A stretch of 64,000 nt of DNA from an uncultured Methanospirillum sp. (GCA_964434005.1 CAYSSW010000001.1:23768-87767); one strand, 5' to 3'. Numbered from the stretch's first letter, positions 25,542 to 35,775 are shown. The notes: generated by a model not told the origin, from the sequence alone. Numbers and translations are program-made.

Positions 25542-27419
25542 ATGGTTGAAGAGGATCCTATAAAAATACTGCAAATACGGTTTGCAAAAGGGGAAATAAG
25601 CCCAAAAGAGTATCAGGAGTTCCTCTCATTTCTTCTTCGTGATGTATCCTCGTTCCATCAACCAGACGAATCTTCAATATTAGATGAAGCGCCCGGTCAA
25701 AAAACTGAATCCGGGACACCAGTTTCTGAACCTTCCACAGAAAAAATTTCTGATTTAAAGGGTGAAAATGTAGATCCCGAACTTCCCTCATCAAAACCAG
25801 TTTCAATCCCGTATCAGGACAGTTATTCTTCAGAGGATCCTGATGAAACTGATCCAGGCGAAGATAAACACAGTGTTGATACTGAAGATACTGAAAGTAG
25901 TGGAGACGGGCTTTATATCTCTGAAGATGTCTTGTCTGTAGGTGCAATCTCTTTAACTCCGATACCTGAAGAGGAGATTGAAAGGATTGACATTGAAGCG
26001 CTTGATACAGATGTTTCAACTGTTACAGATCCTGAAGTTTTTCTGTCTGAATCAGATTTATGTAATGTCTGTTATGTAACAGCTCTTAATCTTATCCAGG
26101 CAAAAGAATTTGATAAAGCATACCCATTTCTTGAAAAAACACTTGAAGTTAATGATAGACAGGAACAGGCATGGCTGTATAAAGGATTTATTCAGTATAA
26201 TCGGAAAGAGTACAGTGCGGCGATTGACTCCTTTAACCATGTAATTGAAATTAATAAGGATCAGGTAAAGGCTTGGCTATATCGTGGATATTGTTTTTAC
26301 AACCTGAATCGTATAGATGATGCTGTAAAATGCTTTAAAAAAGTTGTCGAGCTTGATAATAAGGAAATTTCTGCATGGATGTTTTTGGGTCATGCGGAAA
26401 AGAACAATAAACACTACAAAGAGGCTGTTGCAGCATTTGACACTGTTGTCAGATATAATGACCGGGATCTTACCGGATGGCTCAATAAGGGAATCTGTTA
26501 TTTTGAATTAAAGCAGTATCTTGATGGAATGAGTTGTTTTGACCGCGTGCTTGAACTTGAACGGAATAATCTTTCAGCATGGCTTTACAAAATAAGAACT
26601 TTCAATAAGATGGACAGGTATCAGGAGGCTCTCCAGAGTGCAACAAAACTGATTGAGATAAGTCCAAAAGAGATAAACGCTGTTCTTGCAAAAGCTGAAA
26701 TATATCTAAAGCTTGGCCGGATTCAGGATGCCCTTGATTCAACGAAAAAAGCTTTACTTCTTGATAAGTGGAATGCAGATACATGGTCTCTTCGAGGATT
26801 ATGTTTTCATAAACTTGGAAAATATGATGAAGCCCTTCAATGTTATGAGAATACCTTAAAGCTTGATCCAAATCATGCTGATGCAAACCGAAATCGGGCA
26901 ATCTGTTTCCATAAAATGCAGCGTCACTCTGATGCCCTTGAGTATTATGATCAGGCAATTGAAGAAAATCCAGATAATATCGAAGCATGGTTTAATCGGG
27001 GACTAATTTTTCACAAGGCAAAACGTTTTGATGAGGCAATGGAATGTTATTCAAGAGTTGTTGAATTGAATAAGTTCCATCTGAAAGCGCATTTTAACCG
27101 TGGAAAGATTTTGCGCGCTCAAGGTCAGTATTATGAGGCACTTCAGGCTTTTACAAAAGCAACACAGATAGATCCTTCATACTTCTCTGCATGGTACCAG
27201 ATGGGTCTGATTTATGCAGATCTTGTAAGGCAGAAAGAAGCGCTTGTTTGCTATGAGAAAACACTTCGTCTTTCACCAGATCATGTTGGTGCTCTTTTAA
27301 ACAAAGGGTTAATTTTAGATAATGCAGGTCTTAAACGTGAAGCAACTGTATTTTTTCAGAGAGCTGCGAACATAGATCCAAAAGTTAAAGCCTCGATAAA
27401 AGGCAAACTGATTCACTGA
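25542..27419 (+). CDS. TPR-repeat protein with N-terminal SHOCT-like motif and acidic disordered linker
   Basis: RFAKGEISPKEYQEFLSFL at the N-terminus, about 150 aa of D/E/S/P-rich sequence, then at least 12 tandem 34-aa TPR units (W.YKG..., A...F......P....AW...G). Confidence 0.85.
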   Translation: MVEEDPIKILQIRFAKGEISPKEYQEFLSFLLRDVSSFHQPDESSILDEAPGQKTESGTPVSEPSTEKISDLKGENVDPELPSSKPVSIPYQDSYSSEDPDETDPGEDKHSVDTEDTESSGDGLYISEDVLSVGAISLTPIPEEEIERIDIEALDTDVSTVTDPEVFLSESDLCNVCYVTALNLIQAKEFDKAYPFLEKTLEVNDRQEQAWLYKGFIQYNRKEYSAAIDSFNHVIEINKDQVKAWLYRGYCFYNLNRIDDAVKCFKKVVELDNKEISAWMFLGHAEKNNKHYKEAVAAFDTVVRYNDRDLTGWLNKGICYFELKQYLDGMSCFDRVLELERNNLSAWLYKIRTFNKMDRYQEALQSATKLIEISPKEINAVLAKAEIYLKLGRIQDALDSTKKALLLDKWNADTWSLRGLCFHKLGKYDEALQCYENTLKLDPNHADANRNRAICFHKMQRHSDALEYYDQAIEENPDNIEAWFNRGLIFHKAKRFDEAMECYSRVVELNKFHLKAHFNRGKILRAQGQYYEALQAFTKATQIDPSYFSAWYQMGLIYADLVRQKEALVCYEKTLRLSPDHVGALLNKGLILDNAGLKREATVFFQRAANIDPKVKASIKGKLIH

Positions 27420-27535
27420 TTTTTTTAACAATATTATTAAAGTGTTGTAAGATCAACAAGAATACTCTATTTATTTTCAAAACAGGACTGGCTTAAGGGA
27501 GAAGATTAAAGGGGAAATCTGGAGACCTAAAAAAA

Positions 27536-28831
27536 ATGAATATTCTTGTGGTAGGCAGTAGTGGAAGAGAACATGCAATAGCATCGACTCTAAAAAGAAA
27601 TGATAATGTTACATTATTCTCAGTAATGGGAAAAAAGAATCCTGGAATTGCTGATCTTTCAGCAGATCTGCTAATTAATCCTGAAACAGATTCAAAAACA
27701 ATTCTTGCGTTTTGTAAAAAAAATGAGATAAAATATGCATTTATTGGACCTGAAGCTCCATTAGGTGCTGGTCTTGTTGATGTACTGACTGATAATGGTA
27801 TCATATGCACAGGTCCCTGTAAGAATGCAGCACAAATAGAGACTGATAAGGCATTTTGTCGTGAACTAATGAAACGTCACAATATTAAAGGTCTCCCAGA
27901 ATATCATATTTTTTCAAATGGAAATGAAGCTGCTGATTTTATCCTGGCAAATTCTCATAATTATGCCTTGAAACCTGTTGGTCTCACCGGAGGAAAGGGT
28001 GTTCGTATTATGGGTGAGCATCTTGATAAAGAATCAGCTTGTGAATACGTAAAAAAACTCACCGGGGGAATAGTAATAGAAGAATGCCTTATTGGAGAAG
28101 AATTTACTCTTATGGCGTTTTCAGATGGTGTTCATTTAGTACCAATGCCTCTTGTTCAGGATCATAAGCGAGCATTTGAGGGCGATGTAGGCCCAAATAC
28201 AGGTGGAATGGGTTCATATACTATGCCTGATCATTTTCTTCCTTTTGTCTCAACTGATGACTATAATCGTGCATTTTCTATCATGCAACAGACTATTGAT
28301 GCTCTTCGAAACGAGGGAATGCCATTTTCAGGAATTTTATATGGTCAATTTATGAATACAGTAAATGGTCCTGTTGTTATTGAATTTAATGCAAGATTTG
28401 GCGATCCTGAAGCTATGAATGTGCTTTCTCTTCTTGAAACTGATCTTTTTGAAATAATGAAGGCAATTTCATTAGGAAAACTTGATAATATTAAAATTGA
28501 GTTTAAAAAAATTGCAACAGTCTGTAAATATCTTGTCCCTGAAGGATATCCTGACAATCCACAAACCGGTAAAACGCTTCCAGTTCCGTCATCATTACCA
28601 AATACCCGGCTATATTATGCAAGTGTTGTAAAAGATGGTGATAAACTGATTACACAGTCATCGAGGACGATGGCATATGTGGGCCTTGGTAAGACACTTG
28701 AAGAAGCAGAAAAGAATGCAGAAGAGGCATGTAAAAGGGTTTCAGGCGCTGTAAGGTACAGAAAAGATATTGGAACCCAGGCTGTATTAAATAAAAGAAT
28801 AAATCATATGCAGGGGATTAGAAACAAATGA
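27536..28831 (+). CDS. purD: phosphoribosylamine--glycine ligase
   Basis: MNILVVGSSGREHAIA N-terminus, ATP-grasp core, and NARFGDPE motif. Confidence 0.9.
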   Translation: MNILVVGSSGREHAIASTLKRNDNVTLFSVMGKKNPGIADLSADLLINPETDSKTILAFCKKNEIKYAFIGPEAPLGAGLVDVLTDNGIICTGPCKNAAQIETDKAFCRELMKRHNIKGLPEYHIFSNGNEAADFILANSHNYALKPVGLTGGKGVRIMGEHLDKESACEYVKKLTGGIVIEECLIGEEFTLMAFSDGVHLVPMPLVQDHKRAFEGDVGPNTGGMGSYTMPDHFLPFVSTDDYNRAFSIMQQTIDALRNEGMPFSGILYGQFMNTVNGPVVIEFNARFGDPEAMNVLSLLETDLFEIMKAISLGKLDNIKIEFKKIATVCKYLVPEGYPDNPQTGKTLPVPSSLPNTRLYYASVVKDGDKLITQSSRTMAYVGLGKTLEEAEKNAEEACKRVSGAVRYRKDIGTQAVLNKRINHMQGIRNK

Positions 28832-29739
28832 AGAAGGATTTTCTTTCGATTCTTGATATATCACGTGATGAACTTGTAGACCTTATCGGACTTGCAAGAC
28901 AGTTAAAAGCTGAACGAAAATCCGGAGTTTTCACACCAATACTCTCTAAAAAGACTCTTGGAATGATCTTTGAAAAGTCCTCTACAAGGACAAGACTTTC
29001 ATTTGAAGTTGGGATGTATGAACTTGGTGGTCATGCCCTTTTCATCAACTCAAAAGATATGCAGCTTGGCCGTGGAGAAGCTGTCCCGGATACAGCAAGG
29101 GTAATGTCTCGGTTTGTATCTGCAATAATGATTAGAGCCAACGATCATGAAACACTGTTTGAGATGTCAAAAAATGCCGATGTTCCGATAATTAACGGGC
29201 TTTCGGATATAGAACATCCATGTCAGATTCTTGCAGATATTTTAACTATAGAAGAGCATCTTCACAGAATAGAAAATGTTAAGATTGCCTGGATAGGAGA
29301 TGGAAATAATGTCTGCAATTCGCTTATCTTAAGTTCAGCAATGACAGGTATGGAGATCTCAATTGCATGTCCTGAAAAATACCGTCCGCCAGAGGAGATC
29401 GAAAAAAGAGCACTTTCACTTGGCGGAAAGATAACAATTTCAGATGATCCAATGGTCGCTGTTGATAATGCTGATGTTATCATGACTGATACCTGGGTAT
29501 CGATGGGACATGAAGAAGAAGAGGAAGAGAGGTGCTCTATTTTCATGCCTTATCAGGTAACTAAAGAATTAGTAGAAAAGGCAAGACCAACAGCGATAGT
29601 TATGCACTGTCTGCCTGCTCATCGAGGATATGAAATTACTGATGAGGTAATTGACGGAGAGAAAAGTGTGGTTTTTGATCAGGCAGAAAACCGGTTACAT
29701 GTGCAGAAAGCATTATTAGTAAGGCTGCTTGGAGTTTAA
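28828..29739 (+). CDS. argF: ornithine carbamoyltransferase
   Basis: STRTRLSFE, HPCQILAD, DTWVSMG and HCLPA motifs. ATGA overlap with purD. Confidence 0.9.
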   Translation: MKKDFLSILDISRDELVDLIGLARQLKAERKSGVFTPILSKKTLGMIFEKSSTRTRLSFEVGMYELGGHALFINSKDMQLGRGEAVPDTARVMSRFVSAIMIRANDHETLFEMSKNADVPIINGLSDIEHPCQILADILTIEEHLHRIENVKIAWIGDGNNVCNSLILSSAMTGMEISIACPEKYRPPEEIEKRALSLGGKITISDDPMVAVDNADVIMTDTWVSMGHEEEEEERCSIFMPYQVTKELVEKARPTAIVMHCLPAHRGYEITDEVIDGEKSVVFDQAENRLHVQKALLVRLLGV

Positions 29740-29775
29740 TACTTTTTATCTTTTTAATTCATCCATTTTTAAAAA

Positions 29776-30612
29776 TTATATCTCTTTTTCCCACCAAATT
29801 TTAGATTGACTAGAATTCCTTTTCAATACAAGAAATTCTCCCTCTCTCTCTAACCGGGTTTTTAAGAAATCTCTTAATGTTATAATCTGTTCATCTGTAG
29901 TCAATTTAAGTCCTTCTGCCTGATCTTCAACCGCTGCATTAAGATCTGTAAATTTTAAGCATCGTTCTTCTTTAGTTATTTCTACATTGGCATAAATTCC
30001 CATTTGGGTGAGAAGGTTATAGATGATATTAGGTTGGCGTCCGTCTCTTGCTGAAACTCCAAATAGTTTCTCCCAGATATCTCTATAGTTATGTCTCCAG
30101 GGAGATTCCATATCCGCAAACCAGAAGATATAGACAAACCTACTTGACACCTTGTTGAGTTTATCAAGTGCAGATCTTAAATCACTCACACCAAGAGAAT
30201 ATGAGGCAAAAACTATGTCATATGGAGTGGTTAGATCCGAATTTTTTACATCTTCCCACATCTTTTCGATAACATCAATATTTTTTATACCAAATTCTGA
30301 GATATTATCTTTAAGACAGGTTATCATACCCGGTGAAGGCTCAACTGCTGTCACGTGTTTAACAATTCTTGAGAGCGGTATTGCAAGTGTTCCAGGTCCT
30401 GCGCCTACATCAAGAACACGTGAATCTGTTGTTATATTCATAGCTTTAATTCTCTCCTGTGATCCGGCATAGTTGTCAGATTTGACAGCATTATCAAACC
30501 TCCTGCATCTTGAAATATCAGCCCACCGGTCAATACACTTTATAAAATTCTTATCTTCTTCATGAGTACTATTCCATGCTTCATTCCAGTCGATATCATT
30601 TATTTTTATCAT
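29776..30612 (-). CDS. class I SAM-dependent methyltransferase
   Basis: VLDVGAGPGTLAIPL motif I; 278 aa. Confidence 0.75.
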   Translation of the reverse strand: MIKINDIDWNEAWNSTHEEDKNFIKCIDRWADISRCRRFDNAVKSDNYAGSQERIKAMNITTDSRVLDVGAGPGTLAIPLSRIVKHVTAVEPSPGMITCLKDNISEFGIKNIDVIEKMWEDVKNSDLTTPYDIVFASYSLGVSDLRSALDKLNKVSSRFVYIFWFADMESPWRHNYRDIWEKLFGVSARDGRQPNIIYNLLTQMGIYANVEITKEERCLKFTDLNAAVEDQAEGLKLTTDEQIITLRDFLKTRLEREGEFLVLKRNSSQSKIWWEKEI

Positions 30613-30676
30613 TACTATCAGTTTGTCTGTTAATTAAAAAAGATGATGGTTTAATTCAGAAAATATATTTACTGAA

Positions 30677-31570
30677 TTGAATACAAAAGTTAACCCTGTT
30701 GGGATAAACTTGAATGTAAATAATAGTCAAATTCTCGAGATTGGATATCAAAAATTATTGAACGAATATAGATTGGATAACCTGCCAATCCCTGAGATAA
30801 AATATTTTGGTATCAATCATGGATGGAATGCAGTTATTGGAACTTTTGGCTGCTGTGGGATAGCCATGAGTTTTCAGGATAATAATCCCTTGTATGGAAC
30901 TAAAGAAACAATGCAGGATACTTCATTTTTGAAGGAAAATGTAGGTTCTTCACTTTTCTCCTTTGTAGCATTAAATATTCATGAAATCAGTATAAACCGG
31001 CGATCTATCGCACTTGCAACCTTAAATGCACTCTCTCAACCATTTCTTACTGATGATTATCTGAAAAATAAAGGGTATACTACTGAAGTAGACGTAAAGG
31101 AGATGATAAGGCCAGATGATAATCTTGTAATTGTTGGTTATGGAGGAATTGTCAAGAGTTATTCTGGAAGATGCAGAGAGCTTCATGTAACAGATCAAAG
31201 ACTCCCGTCGTCTTTTAAGACAACGATAATTGGTGAAGAGATTATATCTGGTCCTTTGGGAATAGATGTTCATCCGTCAGACGAGAATCAGGAAGTACTC
31301 GCAAATGCTGATGTTGCAATTATTACCGGGTCAACTCTTGTAAACGGTACTTTTGAAGAGGTGCTGGGATATGCCGAAAATGCAAGGTTGAAGGTCATTT
31401 ATGGTTCAAGTGCAGAACTTATTCCTGATGTTTTATTTGATTGTGGTATTGATGTCATAATGTCAGTTGCAATAAGTGATCCACTTCGGTTTGAGCACGA
31501 TCTGCTTAATTCCCCTGATATGGAAACTTCTCTTAGGAAACATCAGAGAAAGTATAATGTGGGTAGATGA
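30677..31570 (+). CDS. DUF364/DUF4213-type Rossmann-like protein (putative metal-chelation family)
   Basis: The C-terminal half with VAIITGSTLVNGTFEEVL matches the DUF364 signature as I recall it. The ORF opens at TTG, and no in-frame ATG lies near the start. Confidence 0.5.
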   Translation: MNTKVNPVGINLNVNNSQILEIGYQKLLNEYRLDNLPIPEIKYFGINHGWNAVIGTFGCCGIAMSFQDNNPLYGTKETMQDTSFLKENVGSSLFSFVALNIHEISINRRSIALATLNALSQPFLTDDYLKNKGYTTEVDVKEMIRPDDNLVIVGYGGIVKSYSGRCRELHVTDQRLPSSFKTTIIGEEIISGPLGIDVHPSDENQEVLANADVAIITGSTLVNGTFEEVLGYAENARLKVIYGSSAELIPDVLFDCGIDVIMSVAISDPLRFEHDLLNSPDMETSLRKHQRKYNVGR

Positions 31571-32331
31571 TGAAAGACCAGATCTATTCATTGTTATCTG
31601 ATGATATTCTTTTATCAGGAATTATTGCCGCAGGTGAATATGCAAGTGGAATGCTCAATTTTATCCCGCGTGGACTACCGGTTTATCAATCACATGGAAA
31701 AATTCATTCCCAAAATATTATCCGAAATATTAATGAACTTGTCAGGATTCCTGGTTTTGTTATAAATGAAAAAGAGGCATATATTTTATATCTTGCTGCA
31801 TGGTTGCATGATATCGGATATCTTCATCCAAAAACTATTACCTGCCGGTCTATTCATCCAAAAATGTCCTGTCAGATGATAAGATCTGATAACACAATAT
31901 CAGGGTTTATTCACCCTGATGAAATGAATTGTCTTATGGATATCATTCTTTTTCATGATACAACTTCAGATCTAAAAAGAATTATTGATGAAAATCCTGA
32001 AATCAGAACTTCTCTTCTTGCTGCAATTTTTCGAATTGCTGACTCGATTGATGTAGGTGTTGATCGTTGTCCGTCTGAAGTATTTGTGCTAATAGAAGAT
32101 TCGCTTGATAATCAAAGTAAAGTACACTGGTATGCTCATCACAATATATCAGGAGTCGCGATTAAACACCCGGATGTAATGATAGCGGTTAAAGATCCCA
32201 ATGATTTTTTGTTTAATGATAGAATCATGCGGCATGTTGAGAAAGATTTTGAGGGAGCAGCGGAGATTTTTGAGAGGTATGGGTTTGAGGCGTATAAATT
32301 AATTCATTGTAAAGATACTGAATTAGATTAA
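31567..32331 (+). CDS. HD-domain phosphohydrolase
   Basis: H...AAWLHDIGY...D motif arrangement. ATGA overlap with the preceding gene. Confidence 0.65.
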   Translation: MMKDQIYSLLSDDILLSGIIAAGEYASGMLNFIPRGLPVYQSHGKIHSQNIIRNINELVRIPGFVINEKEAYILYLAAWLHDIGYLHPKTITCRSIHPKMSCQMIRSDNTISGFIHPDEMNCLMDIILFHDTTSDLKRIIDENPEIRTSLLAAIFRIADSIDVGVDRCPSEVFVLIEDSLDNQSKVHWYAHHNISGVAIKHPDVMIAVKDPNDFLFNDRIMRHVEKDFEGAAEIFERYGFEAYKLIHCKDTELD

Positions 32332-32338
32332 AAAAAGA

Positions 32339-32412
32339 TGCTGATATGGGGATTTGAACCCCAGTCGAAGGAGTGAGAGTCCCACATGATTGACCATCTA
32401 CACTATATCAGC
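32339..32412 (-). tRNA. tRNA-Glu (anticodon CUC)
   Basis: Reverse complement: GCTGATA-TA-GTGTAGATGGTCAATCAT-G-TGGGA-CTCTCAC-TCCTT-CGAC-TGGGG-TTCAAAT-CCCCA-TATCAGC-A. Its layout is collinear with typical archaeal tRNA-Glu. Confidence 0.8.
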
Positions 32413-32440
32413 AGATCCAATATAACTTCACACTTACCGG

Positions 32441-32447
32441 ATATATA
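32441..32447 (-). promoter_or_regulatory. candidate TATA box for tRNA-Glu
   Basis: TATATAT on the minus strand, ending 28 nt upstream of the tRNA 5' end. Confidence 0.35.
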
Positions 32448-32515
32448 CTAATCGAAGATAAATTCAGATCTTTGACATAAATTTATCCCTTTATTGCGCA
32501 TACTAATAAGGATAC

Positions 32516-33628
32516 ATGCCCGGATTAGAGGATCAGATCAAAGAGATTGAAGACGAGATCCAGAGAACGGTTTACAATAAAGCCACCTCAAAGCACATTG
32601 GCCGCCTAAAAGCAAAACTTGCTAAAATTAAAGAAGATGCGGTCAACCGGGCGATGAAAGCCGGCGGTGGTGGCGATGGATATTCTGTAAAGAAATCCGG
32701 AGATGCAACTGTTGTGCTTGTAGGTTTTCCGTCCACTGGTAAGTCAACTCTGCTCAATAAACTCACAGGAACTGAAAGTGAGACAGGCGCATATGCTTTT
32801 ACAACACTTACAGTAGTTCCAGGTGCCCTTGAACATAAAGGGGCAAAAATTCAGCTTCTTGATATTCCTGGACTTATTGCAGGTGCTGCAATGGGAAAGG
32901 GACGTGGGAAAGAAGTCATTGCTGTAGTCAGAACTGCGGATATGATTGTCCTGTTAGTGGATGTCTTCAATGAAAGACACGTAGATGTCCTGCTCCATGA
33001 ATTATATGATGCAGGTATAAGAATTAATGTCCCAAAACCAGATATCACGATTAAAAAGACTTCAAGAGGAGGTGTAAGGTTAAACGCAGTTGGAACACTT
33101 GACCTTGATATTGAAGAAGTAAGATCAATTCTTACCGAAAACCGGATTGCAAGCGCTGATATTCTTATTCGTGGTAATGCAACTCAGGATGATCTTATTG
33201 ATGCAATGATGGGTAGCAGGGTATATGTTCCGGCAATATTTGTTGTCAATAAGGTCGATCTTATTGAAGAAGATGAGAGAAATCGGATTGTTGCTGATTA
33301 CACTGAAAAGTTTGAGGAAAAACCAATTCTGATTTCCGCTGCTACCGGACATAATGTTGAGGGACTAAAAGATGATATCTATGATAAACTTGGATTTATC
33401 AGAATCTATTTAAAACCTCAAAGTGGTCCTGCTGATCTTGACGAACCTCTCATTATGAGAGTTGGATCAACTGTTGAAGATATCTGTAGAAAACTTCACC
33501 GTGATTTCGTTGATAAGTTCAGGTATGCACGTATATGGGGATCATCAGTTAAGCATGAAGCCCAGCGTGTTGGTATCGCTCATAGGATTCTTGACAAGGA
33601 TATTGTCCAGATTATCATTGAAAGATAA
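32516..33628 (+). CDS. DRG/OBG-family GTPase with C-terminal TGS domain
   Basis: G1 GFPSTGKSTLLNKLT, G3 DIPGL, NKVD, and a C-terminal TGS-like segment. Confidence 0.88.
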   Translation: MPGLEDQIKEIEDEIQRTVYNKATSKHIGRLKAKLAKIKEDAVNRAMKAGGGGDGYSVKKSGDATVVLVGFPSTGKSTLLNKLTGTESETGAYAFTTLTVVPGALEHKGAKIQLLDIPGLIAGAAMGKGRGKEVIAVVRTADMIVLLVDVFNERHVDVLLHELYDAGIRINVPKPDITIKKTSRGGVRLNAVGTLDLDIEEVRSILTENRIASADILIRGNATQDDLIDAMMGSRVYVPAIFVVNKVDLIEEDERNRIVADYTEKFEEKPILISAATGHNVEGLKDDIYDKLGFIRIYLKPQSGPADLDEPLIMRVGSTVEDICRKLHRDFVDKFRYARIWGSSVKHEAQRVGIAHRILDKDIVQIIIER

Positions 33629-33634
33629 AAAAGA

Positions 33635-34750
33635 TTATTGTGGCTTTAATGCCATTTTTATTTCTTCAAGAGGTGCATTGGTTTTAAGTCCATATCCAGA
33701 GTAGTGAACGCGGGAGGCATCGTATCCGTTTTCTTGCAAAGTGTTTATCACGGCTTCTATTGGTCCTGGAGAACACTTATAATATTTTGCAACCTGGTGG
33801 TAGTTATAGTAAAATGATGATGGAAGTTCAACACGGCATGTTGTCAGAATTTTTAGCAGGGCATCATTTTTTTCAAGATTAAGGGTTGGTATCATATCAC
33901 ATGCGGTTTCCATGAAGTTTGAATCCTGAATTGAACCAGTCCATATGGGGCCACCAGTTTTCATTTTTTTTCCACAGACGGGGCATGTTTTAGGTGACGG
34001 GAAAAAAGAAGATTCTTCTTCGCGATATGGACATGATGGACAATTGTAAATGTATCCAAGTCTGTCTATAGATCTATCCGATGCTCCTGCACTGTTTTTT
34101 AATCTGAGATGTAATCGAATGAAATGTTCTCTTGCAAAACAGAAGAGTGGTTCAACTGCCCTGTCATACATTGCTGCCCGTCTTGTAATATATCCAAGAA
34201 GAATTCTAAGGGCAACTTCCGTATGGTATTCTGTATTAAGTGGCCGCGCCATATATCGTCTTATTCCTGCTTTTAGATGTGCGCCACATAGAGGTGCCGT
34301 ATCGGTTGCCGTGACACCAAGGTATTTACCTGCACTACAAAGAGCAGAATCTAAAAATGGTGCCGGTGTTCCGAAAGGATCAAGATCAACAAATCCAAAT
34401 CTTCTCTCGTGCATCAGAGCGTTTGCGTCCCGGCACGTGACTTCAGCATTGAGATTCAGGTTTGAAACATTGGTTCTAATGAGATTGACAGCATCTATAT
34501 CCCTATCATTAATTGTCACCGATATATTTGACTCATAACCGACTCTGCATCCACGAAGACCAGTAGCACCCATTGCATCAAGATATGAATCGGGTTTTAG
34601 AATTGAGGTTGTAAGGACTGTGGCATCACGGTTTAATGCCATTCGCGGATTGTAGAAGACCGGCGCTGTTCCCGGGGGAAAAGGGGAATTTTCGTCGTGA
34701 ACAGGCGCAAGTATTGTGGTCTGTCCTTCTGTGACAGATATCAGATCCAT
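33635..34750 (-). CDS. trm1: tRNA (guanine(26)-N2)-dimethyltransferase Trm1
   Basis: FYNPRMALNRD, DAMGATGLRG and DLDPFGTPAPFLD motifs, plus zinc motif CPSCPY...CPVCG. Confidence 0.88.
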   Translation of the reverse strand: MDLISVTEGQTTILAPVHDENSPFPPGTAPVFYNPRMALNRDATVLTTSILKPDSYLDAMGATGLRGCRVGYESNISVTINDRDIDAVNLIRTNVSNLNLNAEVTCRDANALMHERRFGFVDLDPFGTPAPFLDSALCSAGKYLGVTATDTAPLCGAHLKAGIRRYMARPLNTEYHTEVALRILLGYITRRAAMYDRAVEPLFCFAREHFIRLHLRLKNSAGASDRSIDRLGYIYNCPSCPYREEESSFFPSPKTCPVCGKKMKTGGPIWTGSIQDSNFMETACDMIPTLNLEKNDALLKILTTCRVELPSSFYYNYHQVAKYYKCSPGPIEAVINTLQENGYDASRVHYSGYGLKTNAPLEEIKMALKPQ

Positions 34751-34770
34751 TACGCATGAGTCGTGTTCGA

Positions 34771-34780
34771 TAAACTTATA
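34771..34780 (+). promoter_or_regulatory. candidate TATA element for tRNA-Arg
   Basis: TAAACTTATA, about 28-37 nt upstream of the tRNA 5' end. Related to the element upstream of tRNA-Lys. Confidence 0.3.
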
Positions 34781-34807
34781 CCTTCGCCTGTATGATTAAA
34801 TAAGGCA

Positions 34808-34882
34808 GGGCGTGTGGCCAAGCCTGGATATGGCGTCAGCCTCCTAAGCTGAACATCGGGGGTTCAAATCCCCCCACGTCCG
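34808..34882 (+). tRNA. tRNA-Arg (anticodon CCU)
   Basis: Hand-folded. Acceptor GGGCGTG/CACGTCC (one G-U pair), D-stem GCCA/TGGC, anticodon stem TCAGC/GCTGA with loop CTCCTAA, T-arm GGGGG-TTCAAAT-CCCCC. Confidence 0.85.
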
Positions 34883-34920
34883 TAAATTTCTGTTTTAACA
34901 GGATAGATGAAATTGATGAT

Positions 34921-35775
34921 ATGACAGGGCATCCATATTTTGAGATAATAAGGCCGGTTAATGCAGTTGTAGCAGGACTTGCCGGTATCCTTGCAGTTAT
35001 TATAGCGACAGGATCTTTGCCTATTAGTGTTTTATTTGTTTTTTTCATTGTGTTTTTAATTACTGGAGCAGGGAATGTAATTAATGACTATTATGATGCC
35101 GCAATAGATGCAGTTAACAGGCCTGAAAGGCCAATTCCATCCGGAAGAATTAGTGTTAAGAATGCCTTTTATTATGCGTTATTTATGTTTGTTCTTGGCA
35201 ATTTGATATCTGTCGGGTATTTTTTGATATCAGGGACGTCTATGCTTCTGATTATTTCAGTGGTTAATAGTATTATTCTCTGGTTATATGCAATAATGTT
35301 AAAACAAACTCCAATTTTTGGAAATATAACGGTATCTTACCTTTCGGCAAGTATATTTCTTTTTGGCGGGGCACTTTCCGGTTTAGATGGAGTTTTATTG
35401 ACGTTTCCAATAGCATGTGCTACATTTTTTGCGATGATTGCACGTGAAATAATAAAAGATGTTGAAGATATGCCTGGGGATGAAGTAGCAGGGGCAAAAA
35501 CCTTTCCTATTGTTTTTGGGATGAAGCCTGCCTTGCTTTTTGCTTTTACTATGTGTATTATTGGTGTGTTGACAAGTCTCCTTTTATATTCCAGATGGGG
35601 AATTGTATATTTGGCTTTCATTGTGATTGTAGATATTATTTTGCTTGTATCTGCTGCACTGCCTCTTAAATGTAGAAATTTTGAAGAGGTAAAAGTGACA
35701 AAGAGTACCTATTATCTAAAATATGGGATGTTTGCTTCTCTTGTTGTTTTTTTATTGTCCGCTATCTTTTTGTGA
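34921..35775 (+). CDS. UbiA-family prenyltransferase, likely digeranylgeranylglyceryl phosphate (DGGGP) synthase
   Basis: GNVINDYYDAAIDAVNRPERPIPSG motif, a second Asp-rich motif KDVEDMPGD, and about 8 TM segments. Confidence 0.75.
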   Translation: MTGHPYFEIIRPVNAVVAGLAGILAVIIATGSLPISVLFVFFIVFLITGAGNVINDYYDAAIDAVNRPERPIPSGRISVKNAFYYALFMFVLGNLISVGYFLISGTSMLLIISVVNSIILWLYAIMLKQTPIFGNITVSYLSASIFLFGGALSGLDGVLLTFPIACATFFAMIAREIIKDVEDMPGDEVAGAKTFPIVFGMKPALLFAFTMCIIGVLTSLLLYSRWGIVYLAFIVIVDIILLVSAALPLKCRNFEEVKVTKSTYYLKYGMFASLVVFLLSAIFL

